From Octopus sinensis (taxonomy: Eukaryota), in contig NC_042998.1 of NCBI RefSeq assembly GCF_006345805.1, forward strand, positions 181,970,001 through 182,034,000: 64,000 bases of DNA. The letters run 5' to 3'. Position 1 is the stretch's first letter; each line of letters starts with the position of its first letter. Shown piece by piece: positions 53,067-64,000 of this stretch. The translations under genes were made by a program, and so were the position numbers. Under the pieces are notes generated by a model that was not told where the DNA came from, did not search any database, and was given only the letters and a program-made list of their open reading frames with translations.

Positions 53067-53540
53067 ATTATTATTATTATTATTATTATTATTGTTATTA
53101 GGATGAGGAGGAGGAGGAGGAGAGTAGGAGGGAAGGGGAAAAAGATAAAGATGTAGCCAGCCCATCAAAGTCATTCAATGTTTTATATTAATTTCTGGTT
53201 ACTTATCCTATTGCGGATAAATCAAATAGTCTATATTTAAACGTTAATTTGAAGTTATTACTCTAAAATTAGTTTTAGAATAACAACGGAACATTACTGA
53301 TTAGGTGAATGAATACTGCTATAGAGTAAAATTTATGGTTACGATCGCATTGTCTAGGACTTCGAATTTTGCGTGACGGTCGATTCAAAATCACTGGTTG
53401 AATTTATGTATCTTCACTGCCCTACATTTATGGGGGAAATGATACAAACCGTTGCATAATCAAAATAGTTAATTCTTTTTTTCGCTTTTGGATTTGGTTT
53501 GCAAGATTCTTTATATGAGTTCGTGTGTTGAAACATATTC

Positions 53541-53762
53541 TGTTGTGTCTGGGGAGAGTCATTTTCTTTTTGTGCCTTATAATGTAACACACTAATTTTT
53601 GTTGCGTCTTGCAACCTTTTCAAGTGTCAAGACTATTGAAAAGGTTGCAAGACGCACTGAAAATTTTAGGAAAATAAAAATAAGAAATAAGTGGAAATTT
53701 TACCGGTGAGTGTGTTACATTATAAGGCACAAAAAGAAAATGACTCTCCCCAGACACAACAG
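53541..53762. repeat. Foldback hairpin element
   Basis: CTGTTGTGTCTGGGGAGAGTC...TGCGTCTTGCAACCTTTTCAA mirrored from 53636 to 53762. Confidence 0.8.
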
Positions 53763-54191
53763 TTAATTCTTTAATATGAAGAAACCATTGGTGTGAAGTG
53801 AAATTTTATTCGACTAAACTTGTATGACTATTAGACATACTCATCTACAGAATACAATTTCAGTGTCGATATACACATCTAGTAAAGATCTTAATTTTGT
53901 AAATTTATTCCATGCTTTCTAGATCTCTGGAAAGGGTTTTTTTTTTATTGTCCTCCATCCGCGTTAAATTTTTAGATATGGGTAACAGAAAGCTGTGACG
54001 TTTAATCTTTTGGTAAAGGCATTAATTACTCTTGAATATTCCATATGATTAAACGGTGCCCCACTCACCGTAACAGCAGACTTACAGCATAAAATTCATG
54101 GTTTCATTTCAGTTAAGTGTTGGCTTTAATGCAGGAAAATTATAAAAAGAGATCTGTAACCAACTCAACAGCTATTTTCTGGGGCAGGTTT

Positions 54192-54740
54192 TAATAATAA
54201 TAATAATAATAATAATGATGATGAAATTATTGTATGCAGTGCTCAGGTGCACCTCAACTTGTCAAAAGTGCTTATAAAGCATATGCAGTAATGTACAAAT
54301 GTCTGGAAAGTGAACAGTGTATGAGTCAGATACATGCTTGCGTGTGTATGGAGGGGAGAAAATCAGGTGTAGTGTTGGCGAATCTTAGGAAGCATGAGAG
54401 TTTTGAGGGATGCAGTGCTCCGACAACTAACAACTGATGCCGGCAGTTTGTTCCATGCTTCAGCAACTCTTAGTGTGAAAAAATGTTGCTGAAAGTCATG
54501 GGAGCTGTGCTGTTTTCTGACTTTGTAAACATGTCCACAGGTGTTAGACAGATGAAGTTTGAAAAGTTATTGTTTGTAAGATGGTTAATAATTTTATGGG
54601 TGTCTGCCAAGTCAGCTGCCAGATGTCGGAGTTTCAATGTATCCATGCCCAGGGAAGTAAGGTGTTCAGAATATGGCAAATGCCTGATGGAGGGTATTCT
54701 CTTGGTTGCACGTCGCTGAACGGTTTCCAGACGATTAATA
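54192..54740 (-). mobile_element. Second 3' fragment of the same CR1-like LINE
   Basis: Reverse complement of about 33370-33900 with (AAT)n tail. Confidence 0.85.
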
Positions 54741-55493
54741 TAGTATGGCTAGAGTCAGCAGATTGTTGTCATATTTAGACAATATTTATTAGACATTAAT
54801 TAAATTTTAAAAAATCAAATAATTGCGACTACACTTAGGTTTTAACTTTCTTTCAAATCAGTTTGTATTTTAAGAGTTATTCCCCTTTAACAGTTTTCCT
54901 TTTTGATTCGCACTGTTAACGGCTGCTTTCATTGTGTACGTCAGAATATCCTTTGACTTCAGCATTATCAGTTCATTTAGTTCTAAATCGGCATAAAGAA
55001 AAACAAAATTATAGGTTTGCTGTTGCACTGTATTTGAAAACTTTGCAGTGCTTTTATATAATCTGAATATAGCTTAATATAGAGAGAACCGTTTGTGGTG
55101 GTGGACATCTTGGGTGTGATGAATTTAACGAGGAATACACTCTCATTTCTGCCCTCTCTCTCTCATACACATACAGATTCACTCGCACACGCGCGTACGC
55201 ATACACATACACGCGTACACTCACACGCACACACACACGCACACACACACACACACACACACACGTACAAATACACACACAAAGCCTACAATCTGGTTTC
55301 GAATCTGGATCCAATAGCTAGGCAAGGGGAGATGATTTAGACACTTTAAAAATGCTTTCTTTTATAGCCACAGTAATAATTAAAGTAAACATTGTACAAG
55401 GACGAACTACTCCTCAATTTTACAGTATTGTAGTTATTTACAGTGGTCAGGTGTTAAATGCTTGCGAATATATCTGACACATGTCTGTGTGCG

Positions 55494-55525
<32 letters not shown>

Positions 55526-56039
55526 CCGTAAATCCTTGAGTATAGTCCGCCCTTGAGTATAATACGCAGGGGATTTTTAGGGGACCGTACCTCTGGAAAA
55601 CCTAAACCTTGTGTATAATACGCACCCCTTCTCTAACTTGAGTCAAGGAGGTCTATATAACGTCCTTGGTTTGTAAAAATGTATACGGTAATGTCCTTTA
55701 TTATTATTGTATATATAACATAATGCAAACGTGTAGCTTTTTTGTGCATTTTGTTAGCAGAAAATAAAGAAATAACAGTAATAACGTTTAATAAATGTTG
55801 CTTACTGCATGTTATGGATGATTCTTTTATGACTTGATTGTTTTCAGGCTTAGCTTAAGGTATTTTCGCACCTGACATCACAAAATGCGTCTGAATAAAC
55901 ATTGCCGGACAGCAAATAGAGACTCGGACATTGCTTAGAAAATAATTTTCATTTTTAACCTCGTATATAGTACGCACTAGGGATTTTGACCATTAAATTT
56001 TTGGGGAAAAAAATTAGGATTATACTCGAGGATTTACGG
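55526..56039. mobile_element. pogo/Tc2-like MITE inserted in (TATG)n
   Basis: TA-CCGTAAATCCTTGAGTATA...TATACTCGAGGATTTACGG-TA TIRs with subterminal GTATAATACGCA repeats. Confidence 0.8.
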
Positions 56040-56134
56040 TATGTATGTATGTATGTATGTATGTATGTATGTATGTATGTATGTATGTATGTATGTATGT
56101 ATGTATGTATGTATGTATGTATGTATGTGCGCGC

Positions 56135-56176
<42 letters not shown>

Positions 56177-56289
56177 GATATAGGATAAAATTTTTTTCAT
56201 GAAAAATTTTTTATCAATGGCCAGCATATCAAAAAATGCCTTTAAAGGTAAAATTTATACATAATTTACAAGATAAGGGCAGAAGAAAA

Positions 56290-56575
56290 ATTCTAATGCC
56301 AGATACGCCGAAACAAAAAATTGTCGATAACCATTAAATTTATGCGTTTCGAAACAAACCGATAGAAATCTCTAAAACATTCGTTATTACCGTATTGGTC
56401 CAATTTTGGGGTTAATTCACAAGAAATTTTCCCCTCTTCAGCGGCACATACGCGAGATATAAATGTGCCGCTGAAGAAGAGAAAATTTTTTAGAGATTTC
56501 TATCGGTTTGTTTCGAGACGCATAAATTTAATGGTTATCGACAATTTTTTGTTTCGGCGTATCTGGCATTAGAAT
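56290..56575. repeat. Inverted repeat (Penelope-type end) between (TA)n tracts
   Basis: ATTCTAATGCCAGATACGCCGAAAC...TCTTCAGCGGCACAT mirrored; the right arm has an internal deletion. Confidence 0.8.
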
Positions 56576-59241
56576 GTATATATATATATATATATATAAG
56601 AGAGAGAGATAGTTTACTTTTCCGTTAAAGTAAGATCAACAACAAAAAAGTACTCTATCTAGTGAGAGACATACTTTGCTGTATAGGTGACTCGTCAGAC
56701 TCAAATGGCCGGAAGCATATAACCTCTCTACAAATGGAAAGGAGAAAATGTCATGGTCAGTTTTGTAGACAAAATATATATATACATCCAGAATGACCCC
56801 GCAGGTAACGTTTCAGGCGGGACGGGGTAAATATCTCTACAACCGGCCACAACAACCAACCTTCTGCAAAGGGTTTGGCCTGTATGCAGGTGAGCCCTGG
56901 GATGTCTTATATGAGAATAATGGAAGGGCTATCATCGAAACATGTATGCAGTGTAGAGGTTGATGCAAAATAAATTGCAAAGCTGAAGGATTTCTCAGTA
57001 GGTTTACTGGTTTACGGAACCATCATTACATTCATGGTTGAGAAATGGAGCAAATGGAGAATTCCGGAAACAAGGAAAAGATAAAAGTACAACTCGTTGC
57101 TATAGGAACATTTTTTTTTTAAATGCTGCGCTCCAGCAGATGACTGAAAGCATCCTTTTAGGCATGTCCAGTCATACTTGGCACCATATCTCTTACAAAA
57201 TTACCATCATCCGATACGAAAGGATGCATCCGCTCATCGCTCAACCATCAAGTACTCCTCAAACTGCAGCCGATTTTTTCACCTGCAAAAGTATCTCCAC
57301 CAACTTTCTGGAGGGGTTAGTTGAGGAAATTGACCCCTGTCTGACATTTATCATATCGGTCTCTTTTGCTGAACCGCTACATTATGGGGCCGTAAACAAA
57401 CCAACACCAGCTGTCAGGCGGTGGAGGGGATCGACAGACATACACACATAATCACATACGCAGGGCTATTGTAGGAGACACTTGCCCAAGCTGCTACGCA
57501 GTGGGACTAAATCTGAAACTACGTAGTTGCAAAGAAAGTTTCTTAAGGACGCATACATGCCTGTACCTTGTTTAGCTGTAGCATTTATTTATTATGAAGC
57601 GGACTGAGCCGGCAAAAGATACGTATTTTGGATTTTGGCCACAAACACAATACAACGACAGTCAACTGATGCAAATTGTTAATTTGTTTCTACTTAAGGC
57701 ACAAGTCCTAAAATACTGAGCGGGGAGGAGTCTAGTCGATTACATCGACCCCAGTGTTCAAATGGTACTTATTTTATCGATCTAAGAAAGAATGAAAGGC
57801 GAAGTCAAACATTTGTCCGGCATGCTAACCATTCCGCCAGCTCGTCGCCTTAAGAAACCTAATAAATTATCAATTAGCGAGCTGCAGTTCTGCACCTAAT
57901 TATACATGCAAAAATATCTGTTTTTGAGGAGCAATTTTTAGATGTTGTCAACCCGAGATTTCAGTTTTATAAAATTTTATTCTAATATTTTTTGCTCCAG
58001 AACTGACTAGCGTTTGGAACTCATTATCATCTCTTGATGTCAAACAGGCAGACATGAGACAGGTCTACATTATATCAACACGCATTAGACTTAATACTTT
58101 CTGAACTGAACTGAGATAATTTTTGTACTCTTAAATGAAAAGGTTCTGTAAATTATCTATAGTCGTAAAATATCAAAGTCAAGGAACTAAATTGTTGCCG
58201 TCATGTTGTCTTCTTTATAATGCCGTGTTTGACATTTATTATTTGCTATCACAATTTATTGAATAAGTGAGTAATAGATCGTTTGTTAGGTCGATGCAGT
58301 TGACCTCTCTCACTCGCAAAGCAACGAATATTTCATATTCAGCCAAAATAAAAAGCTGCTTTTAAATTATAAGTTAAGGAGGCTTGAGTGATCACACACA
58401 CACACACACACACACACGTATACAATAATCTTCTACTCATAAAGGCGCATGACTCAGTGGTTAGGGTATCGGGCTCACAATTATGAGGTAGTGAGTTCGA
58501 TCCCCGGACCGGGCTGTGTCTTGTGTTCTTGAGCAAGACACTTTATTTCACCTTGTTCCAATTCACTCAACTGTAGAAATGAGCTGCAACGTCACTGGTG
58601 CCAAGCTGTATCGGTCGTTGGGGAGGCTGGTATGCAAGAGCAACTGCTGGCCTTTCATAAACAACCTTGCCCGGACTTGTACATCGGAGGGGAACTTTCA
58701 TGACCGAAGTGGGTTTTCATCCTTCTACTCATTTTCCGTTTACCAAACTCACTCACAACGTATTGGTCAGCATGGGACTATAATACTGGTGTCGATTTGT
58801 CAACTAAACCTTTGAAGGCGGTTCCTCGCCATGGCTGCAGTCCAATGATCAAAACAAGTAAAAGATAAAAATGTACATACACATGGCTGCATATCTGTCT
58901 GTCTGCCGGCTTACCAGTCCGTCCGTCCGTCCGTCCGTCTGTTTTATTCTTTGATTCTGTCCCTCACCTTTGTTTACTATTTACCCTAACCCTGCACTAT
59001 TCTCCCGTTGCCGTAATCTGTATTTACTCTCTCTTTTTTTTTTTACTCTTTTTACTTGTTTCAGTCATTTGACTGCGGCCATACTGGAGCACCGCCTTTA
59101 GTCGAGCAAATCGACCCCGGGACTTATTCTTTGTAAGCCCAGTACTTATTCTATCGGTCTCTTTTGCCGAACCGCTAAGTGACGGGGACGTAAACACACC
59201 AGCATCGGTTGTCAAGCAATGCTAGGGGGACAAACACACAC

Positions 59242-59307
<66 letters not shown>

Positions 59308-59876
59308 ATATACATATATACGACAGGCTTCTTTCAGTTTCCGTCTACCAAATCCACTCACAAGGCATTGGTCGGCCCGGGGCTATAGCAGAAGACACTT
59401 GCCCAAGATGCCACGCAGTGGGACTGAACCCGGAACCATGTGGTTGGTTAGCAAGCTACTTACCTCGCAGCCACTCCTGCGCCTATTTGAAACAGAAGGA
59501 AGTAATAACTCTAAGGCTAAGATCGTAAACGTTGAATTATTGACCCGACCAAGAGTATTCCATTTCATCTCCAACTTACTTATCAGCAACAAAGCAGGTG
59601 AACCAACTGAAATTCAAATTATCTGAACCGAAATAGAATATACCCACCACGGCTGGATTATACTTACACCAGTTTAAGTAATCGCTCTACAACTCATACA
59701 TCTTCGATATCTTCTAAGAATCCAACAATCTTTTCCTATTTACTCCTTAAGTCTCTCAATGATGGGGATAGCTTTTTGGATCTATATCTTTCAGCTGTCA
59801 ACACTGCAACTGTGATATAAATACGTAAATGGGCTTGGTTAAATGACGTTTAAGCGATTCTTTTTCATTGCTTTCA

Positions 59877-59879
<3 letters not shown>

Positions 59880-59963
<84 letters not shown>

Positions 59964-59990
59964 TTCTTTCTCTCTTTCTCTGTCTCTCTC
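59880..59990. repeat. (CT)n microsatellite, one of many (TA)n, (CA)n, (TTA)n, (TATG)n and (AAC)n tracts
   Basis: Seen directly; these tracts explain most IYIY/THTH/ERER ORFs in the track. Confidence 0.95.
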
Positions 59991-60104
59991 ATCTTCATTT
60001 TCATTTTACAAATCTACAATATGTATACCATTTCGATATAATGTTTCGAATATATATATAAAATCTGAGGTTTGCTTACTTCATATATTGCTTATCTTAA
60101 TAGC

Positions 60105-60141
<37 letters not shown>

Positions 60142-62095
60142 GCAGCAAGAACAATCCCACTCTATTTTCCAACGAACCCATAAAAGAACCTCTATGTAAC
60201 CACTTGATCTGCTAGAAATAGCTGTCAAATCTCTCTCAAAATCCCACCCAGCCAGATTAAAAAAGAGACTCATTAAATAGCGTAAAGATGCGGAGGTGAA
60301 GGCTAGAATGCCTTTGAATACAAGTTTACTTGCTCTGAGTTAATTTGTGCATTAGCAACAACGACAACAACAACAATAACAACATCTTTTCTTCCAATAA
60401 ATGCATTCATATTTTAATTAAGACTTAAGACGGTGAGCTGGCAGAATCGTCAGCACGCAACGTTCTGAGTTCAAATTCTACCGAGGTCGATTTTGCCTTT
60501 CATCCTTTCGGGGGTCAATAAATTAAGTGCCAGTTGCGTACTGGGGTCGATCTAATCGACTGGTCCCCTCCCCCAAAATTTCGGGTCTTTTGCCTAGAGT
60601 AGAAAATAATTATTAAGCCTTGATCCTTCAAATTCAACGACAGAGCTGGGAGGAGCAGAAATGATTTGGACAATAAAGCATCTCATTCAATGTACAAATG
60701 CAATTCACATTAGAGACCTCTGTTCTTACAAACACATACAAACATTTTTTTTACAGCAACCAACGAAAAGTCATTTGACCGACTGTGTCTCTTCCCTGTC
60801 TCTTCAGTCTCTACTGCAACGGTTGCTGCTCTTCCAAATTAACAAGCTCCGTATAAAACTCCGAAATCACTTGTAAATTAATTCTCTTCATCTTGCTCTC
60901 TCGAACGCCTTTCATCCTCTAAACACTTCTCTAAACACCACTTTAAACACTTTTAACCCAAGCCATTCACCCTATAAAGTGTTCCCTGTGGAAACTCCTT
61001 CGTTGCCATAGTTTCCCCACAAGAATCGGCTTCCAGAGGTTTGTACAGAACATAAACTGCATCGATTTGAACAGGCTAGAAGGCTTTTCAATAATCCCAG
61101 GGTGTCAACTTTCCGATATAAATATAAAGAACAACTAAATTTCGTCTCGACCATCTGCGTTCATAATTTACATTCTACAGATGTCTTTAGTTAAGCCTTG
61201 TTCCTTAAGAAACCAGTGCTATCGTATTTCTCTTTTAGCGAATTTAGGGTATGTCTTTCACATGGCATGCCCACATAATTTCGTTTCGTAACCAAAAACT
61301 ATACTTAATTAACACTCGTTGTTGCATTCACACACTCAGTATTATAACTGTTTTGTAGATCGAGCCCAATTGTTGTAAATCGAACCAGTCCCATAATAGT
61401 GTTGTTGAATTGGTGGAATCGCTAAAGCGTTGGATAGTGCTGGTTCCGTATCTCCTACCCAGGTTAGCTTTGCCTTTCATTCATTTCGTGATGATAAAAA
61501 GAAAAAGAAAAGAAAAACTGAAAGAAGAAAAATAGGAGGAAGAGAAGAGGAAAAGGAGAGTAAAGAGGAAGCGTGAAGTGCAATTTGGAATTCGCATAAA
61601 TTTTCAAAAGTCTTCGTTTTGGCGCGCTAAATTACCGGAAATAATACTGCATAAAATAATTTACTGCAGTTGCCTTCGCCGGTTTGAGAACGTATTAATT
61701 TAAAATTAAAATGAGGGTGAAAAATTGGATATCAATTTGATAACATCAATTTTAACACCAATGGTCTAGCATATTAAAAACTGAGGTTCAGTAAATAGTA
61801 TTACATACATATAAGAGGGAATTACCATTATGTAGAAACTCTTACGCTAGAAGAAGATCCACTATGGTCTTAATCACTAAGAGTTGTTCTCTAGAAAATC
61901 CAGCAAGCACCAGAAACGTAAACGGGCAAAGACTACTGCAGTAAATTATTTTATGCAGTATTATTTCCGATAATTTAGCGCGCCAAAACGAAGACTTTTG
62001 AAAAATAACCACAAGTGTAATAGATAGAACTGCATACATATTCGACCTCGTGTTGATGTCTGGTATGTAGTTCTGAAAATTATATTTGTATGGAC

Positions 62096-62174
62096 GATTA
62101 TACCGAAGATCTACAGATAAATTGCGTAAGTAAAATTACGTAATTTGTTGATAGTGAAACATTTGTTTATGATC
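62096..62174 (+). ncRNA. Hammerhead-like motif with CCGAAGA core variant
   Basis: GATTATA-CCGAAGA-TCTA...long hairpin...TAGT-GAAA-CATTTG-TT-TATGATC; a decayed relative is at about 8066-8130 (minus). Confidence 0.45.
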
Positions 62175-62666
62175 AATCTATATTTTTGTTACTTTTCACA
62201 TGTCTTGCTCGCTTACATTTCGGGTGTTTGCTAAATTTTCTAGAGAACAATTCTTAGTGGTAAGACCATAGCGGATCTTCTTCTAGCGTAAGGGTCTCCA
62301 CATAGTGGTAATTCCCTCTTATATGTATGTAATACTATATATATATATATATAGCGTCGAGCTTACGATCGGGAGGTTGTGAGCTCGAATCCCGGACCGG
62401 GCTGCGTGTTGTGTTCTCGAGCAAGGCACTTTATTTCACGTTGCTCCAGTTCACTCAGCTGTAGAAATGAGTTGCGACGTCAATGGTGCCAAGCTGTATC
62501 GACCTTTGTCTTTCCCTTGGATAACACTGGTGGCGTGGAGAGGGGAGGCTGGTATGCATGGGCGACTGCTGGCCTTCCATAAACAACTTGCCCGGACTTG
62601 TGTCTAGGAGGGTAACTTTCTAGGTGCAATCCCATGGTCATTCATGACCGAAGGGGGTCTTTACCC

Positions 62667-62697
<31 letters not shown>

Positions 62698-62799
62698 GTA
62701 GGGAGAATTCACCAAAAAACCCCCAAAAACATAAAACGAAGACAGGTGGTGTAGACAACAAACAGCTGTTGTAGTTTAACGCTCGGGAAGTGAAGAAGT

Positions 62800-62835
62800 C
62801 TTTAACGTTTCGAGCCTACGCTCTTCCACAGAAAG
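62800..62835 (-). ncRNA. Minimal hammerhead-like motif with a core mutation
   Basis: CTTT-CTGTGGA-A-GAGC gtag GCTC-GAAA-CG-TT-AAAG; CUGUGGA instead of CUGANGA. Confidence 0.4.
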
Positions 62836-63194
62836 GAACTCAGAAAGAAACAAGGAGAGAAAATAAAAAAAGTATAGTTGCCATATCAGCACACTAATTG
62901 ACATATACTCATTAATCCAAAATATTATATATATATATATATATGAATACATATATGGTGGCTGTCTACTCTTTATGCAGAGTTTGACCACCTCCTGTAC
63001 CTACACCTTAGAATCATCATGGCATCTGATGTGACTTTTTAACCAGACAATGTTTTGAAAAGACATCCACATAGATTGCATATCCGATTTGGACCACCAA
63101 AAGTTGAAGTTACGTTCTTATCTTTGTGGATCTTAAAATGTCTTTTGAGGCCCCCGTTAGATTTGCAGACCTTCTGGCATACATACATACATAC

Positions 63195-63760
63195 CAGTGG
63201 CGTGCGGTGACTTCCGGGGCTGGGCATGCAATGAATTTCTTTGCACCCCCCCCACCCGGGGGGCAATTTTTCAGTAAAAAAAATTTTCGAATTCCTACGA
63301 TTTACATATGGGAGATTCTGAATATGCAATCACCCCCGTATGACCTAGAATAAAAAAAAAACGTCGCCCTGGTACTATTTAAGAAGAGTGGTCCCGTTGC
63401 GCGCGCTCGCGCATCCGCGCTGGCTAGTCGTGACTAGTCGATCCTACAACTATCTAACAAAGTAAATAAATTTTTTAAACAAAATATATAAAACACAAAG
63501 TAAATAATGTTTTTAACAAAGTAAATAAAACACAAAGTAAGGATCGACTAGTCACGACTAGCTGGCGTGGATGCTCGAGTGCGCGCACCGGGACCACTCT
63601 TCTTAAATAGTACCCATGATTTTTAAATTGTTTGCAATACTCATCAAATTTGTTGAAATTCGAAAGTTCCATGAATTTAAACTCTTCTAAGGATGAATAT
63701 CGTGCTTTTATTTGGTCAACTATTGTACTTATAATTTTGTTATAAAGCATTTTATAATGA
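63195..63760. mobile_element. hAT-like remnant with internal GC-rich inverted repeat
   Basis: CAGTGGCG start; IR 63371-63445 vs 63540-63614; minus ORF LYNKIISTIVDQIKARYSSLEEFKFMEL resembles a hAT transposase segment. Confidence 0.5.
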
Positions 63761-64000
63761 TGTTGGGGCTCAATAGATATATTCTTGGATCTCTGAATTC
63801 CGATTCCTGCATCGACTCCATATTTTTCCCCCCGGGTTCAGTTCCACTGCGTGGCACCTTGGGCAAGGGTCTTCTACTATAGTCTCGGGCCGACCAAAGC
63901 CTTGTGAGTGGATTTGGTAGACGGAAACTGAAAGAAGCCCGTGGTATATATGTATATATATGCATGTGTGTGTTTGTGCGTCTGTGTTTGTCCCCCTAGC

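Noticed and set aside
56330-56525. Hammerhead in the inverted repeat (CTGAAGA...GAAACGCATA)
   Set aside because: Core words present but no stem I pairing found; likewise for partial motifs near 1070 and 23262
61181-61248. Possible exon (ctacag/ATG...GG/gtatgt)
   Set aside because: Splice-like ends but no recognisable protein or partner exon

Overview
AT-rich, microsatellite- and transposon-dense animal DNA. The repeat families and HTGEKPY C2H2 array suggest an octopus (inferred, not verified). The + strand carries coding exons 2-8 of RNASEH2A (RNase H2 catalytic subunit) over about 32 kb (14850-46516); exon 1 was not found and probably lies upstream of the window. Antisense inside intron 5 is a C2H2 zinc-finger gene of about 21 fingers with one frameshift, one in-frame TGA and a SINE-derived C-terminus. 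It lies between inverted copies of the 5' end of a Penelope-like element. The rest is an RTE LINE with a long RT ORF plus many truncated 3' ends, CR1-like LINE pieces, DD37D and DD37E Tc1/mariner relics, Helitron, hAT, piggyBac-like and pogo-like elements, tRNA-derived SINEs and many long inverted repeats. The main unannotated signal is about nine type-I hammerhead ribozyme motifs (several degenerate) with palindromic mini stem III and mostly long stem II, in (TA)n-flanked Penelope-type repeats. Three lie in sense orientation in RNASEH2A introns. All folds and alignments were done by eye; repeat boundaries are approximate.
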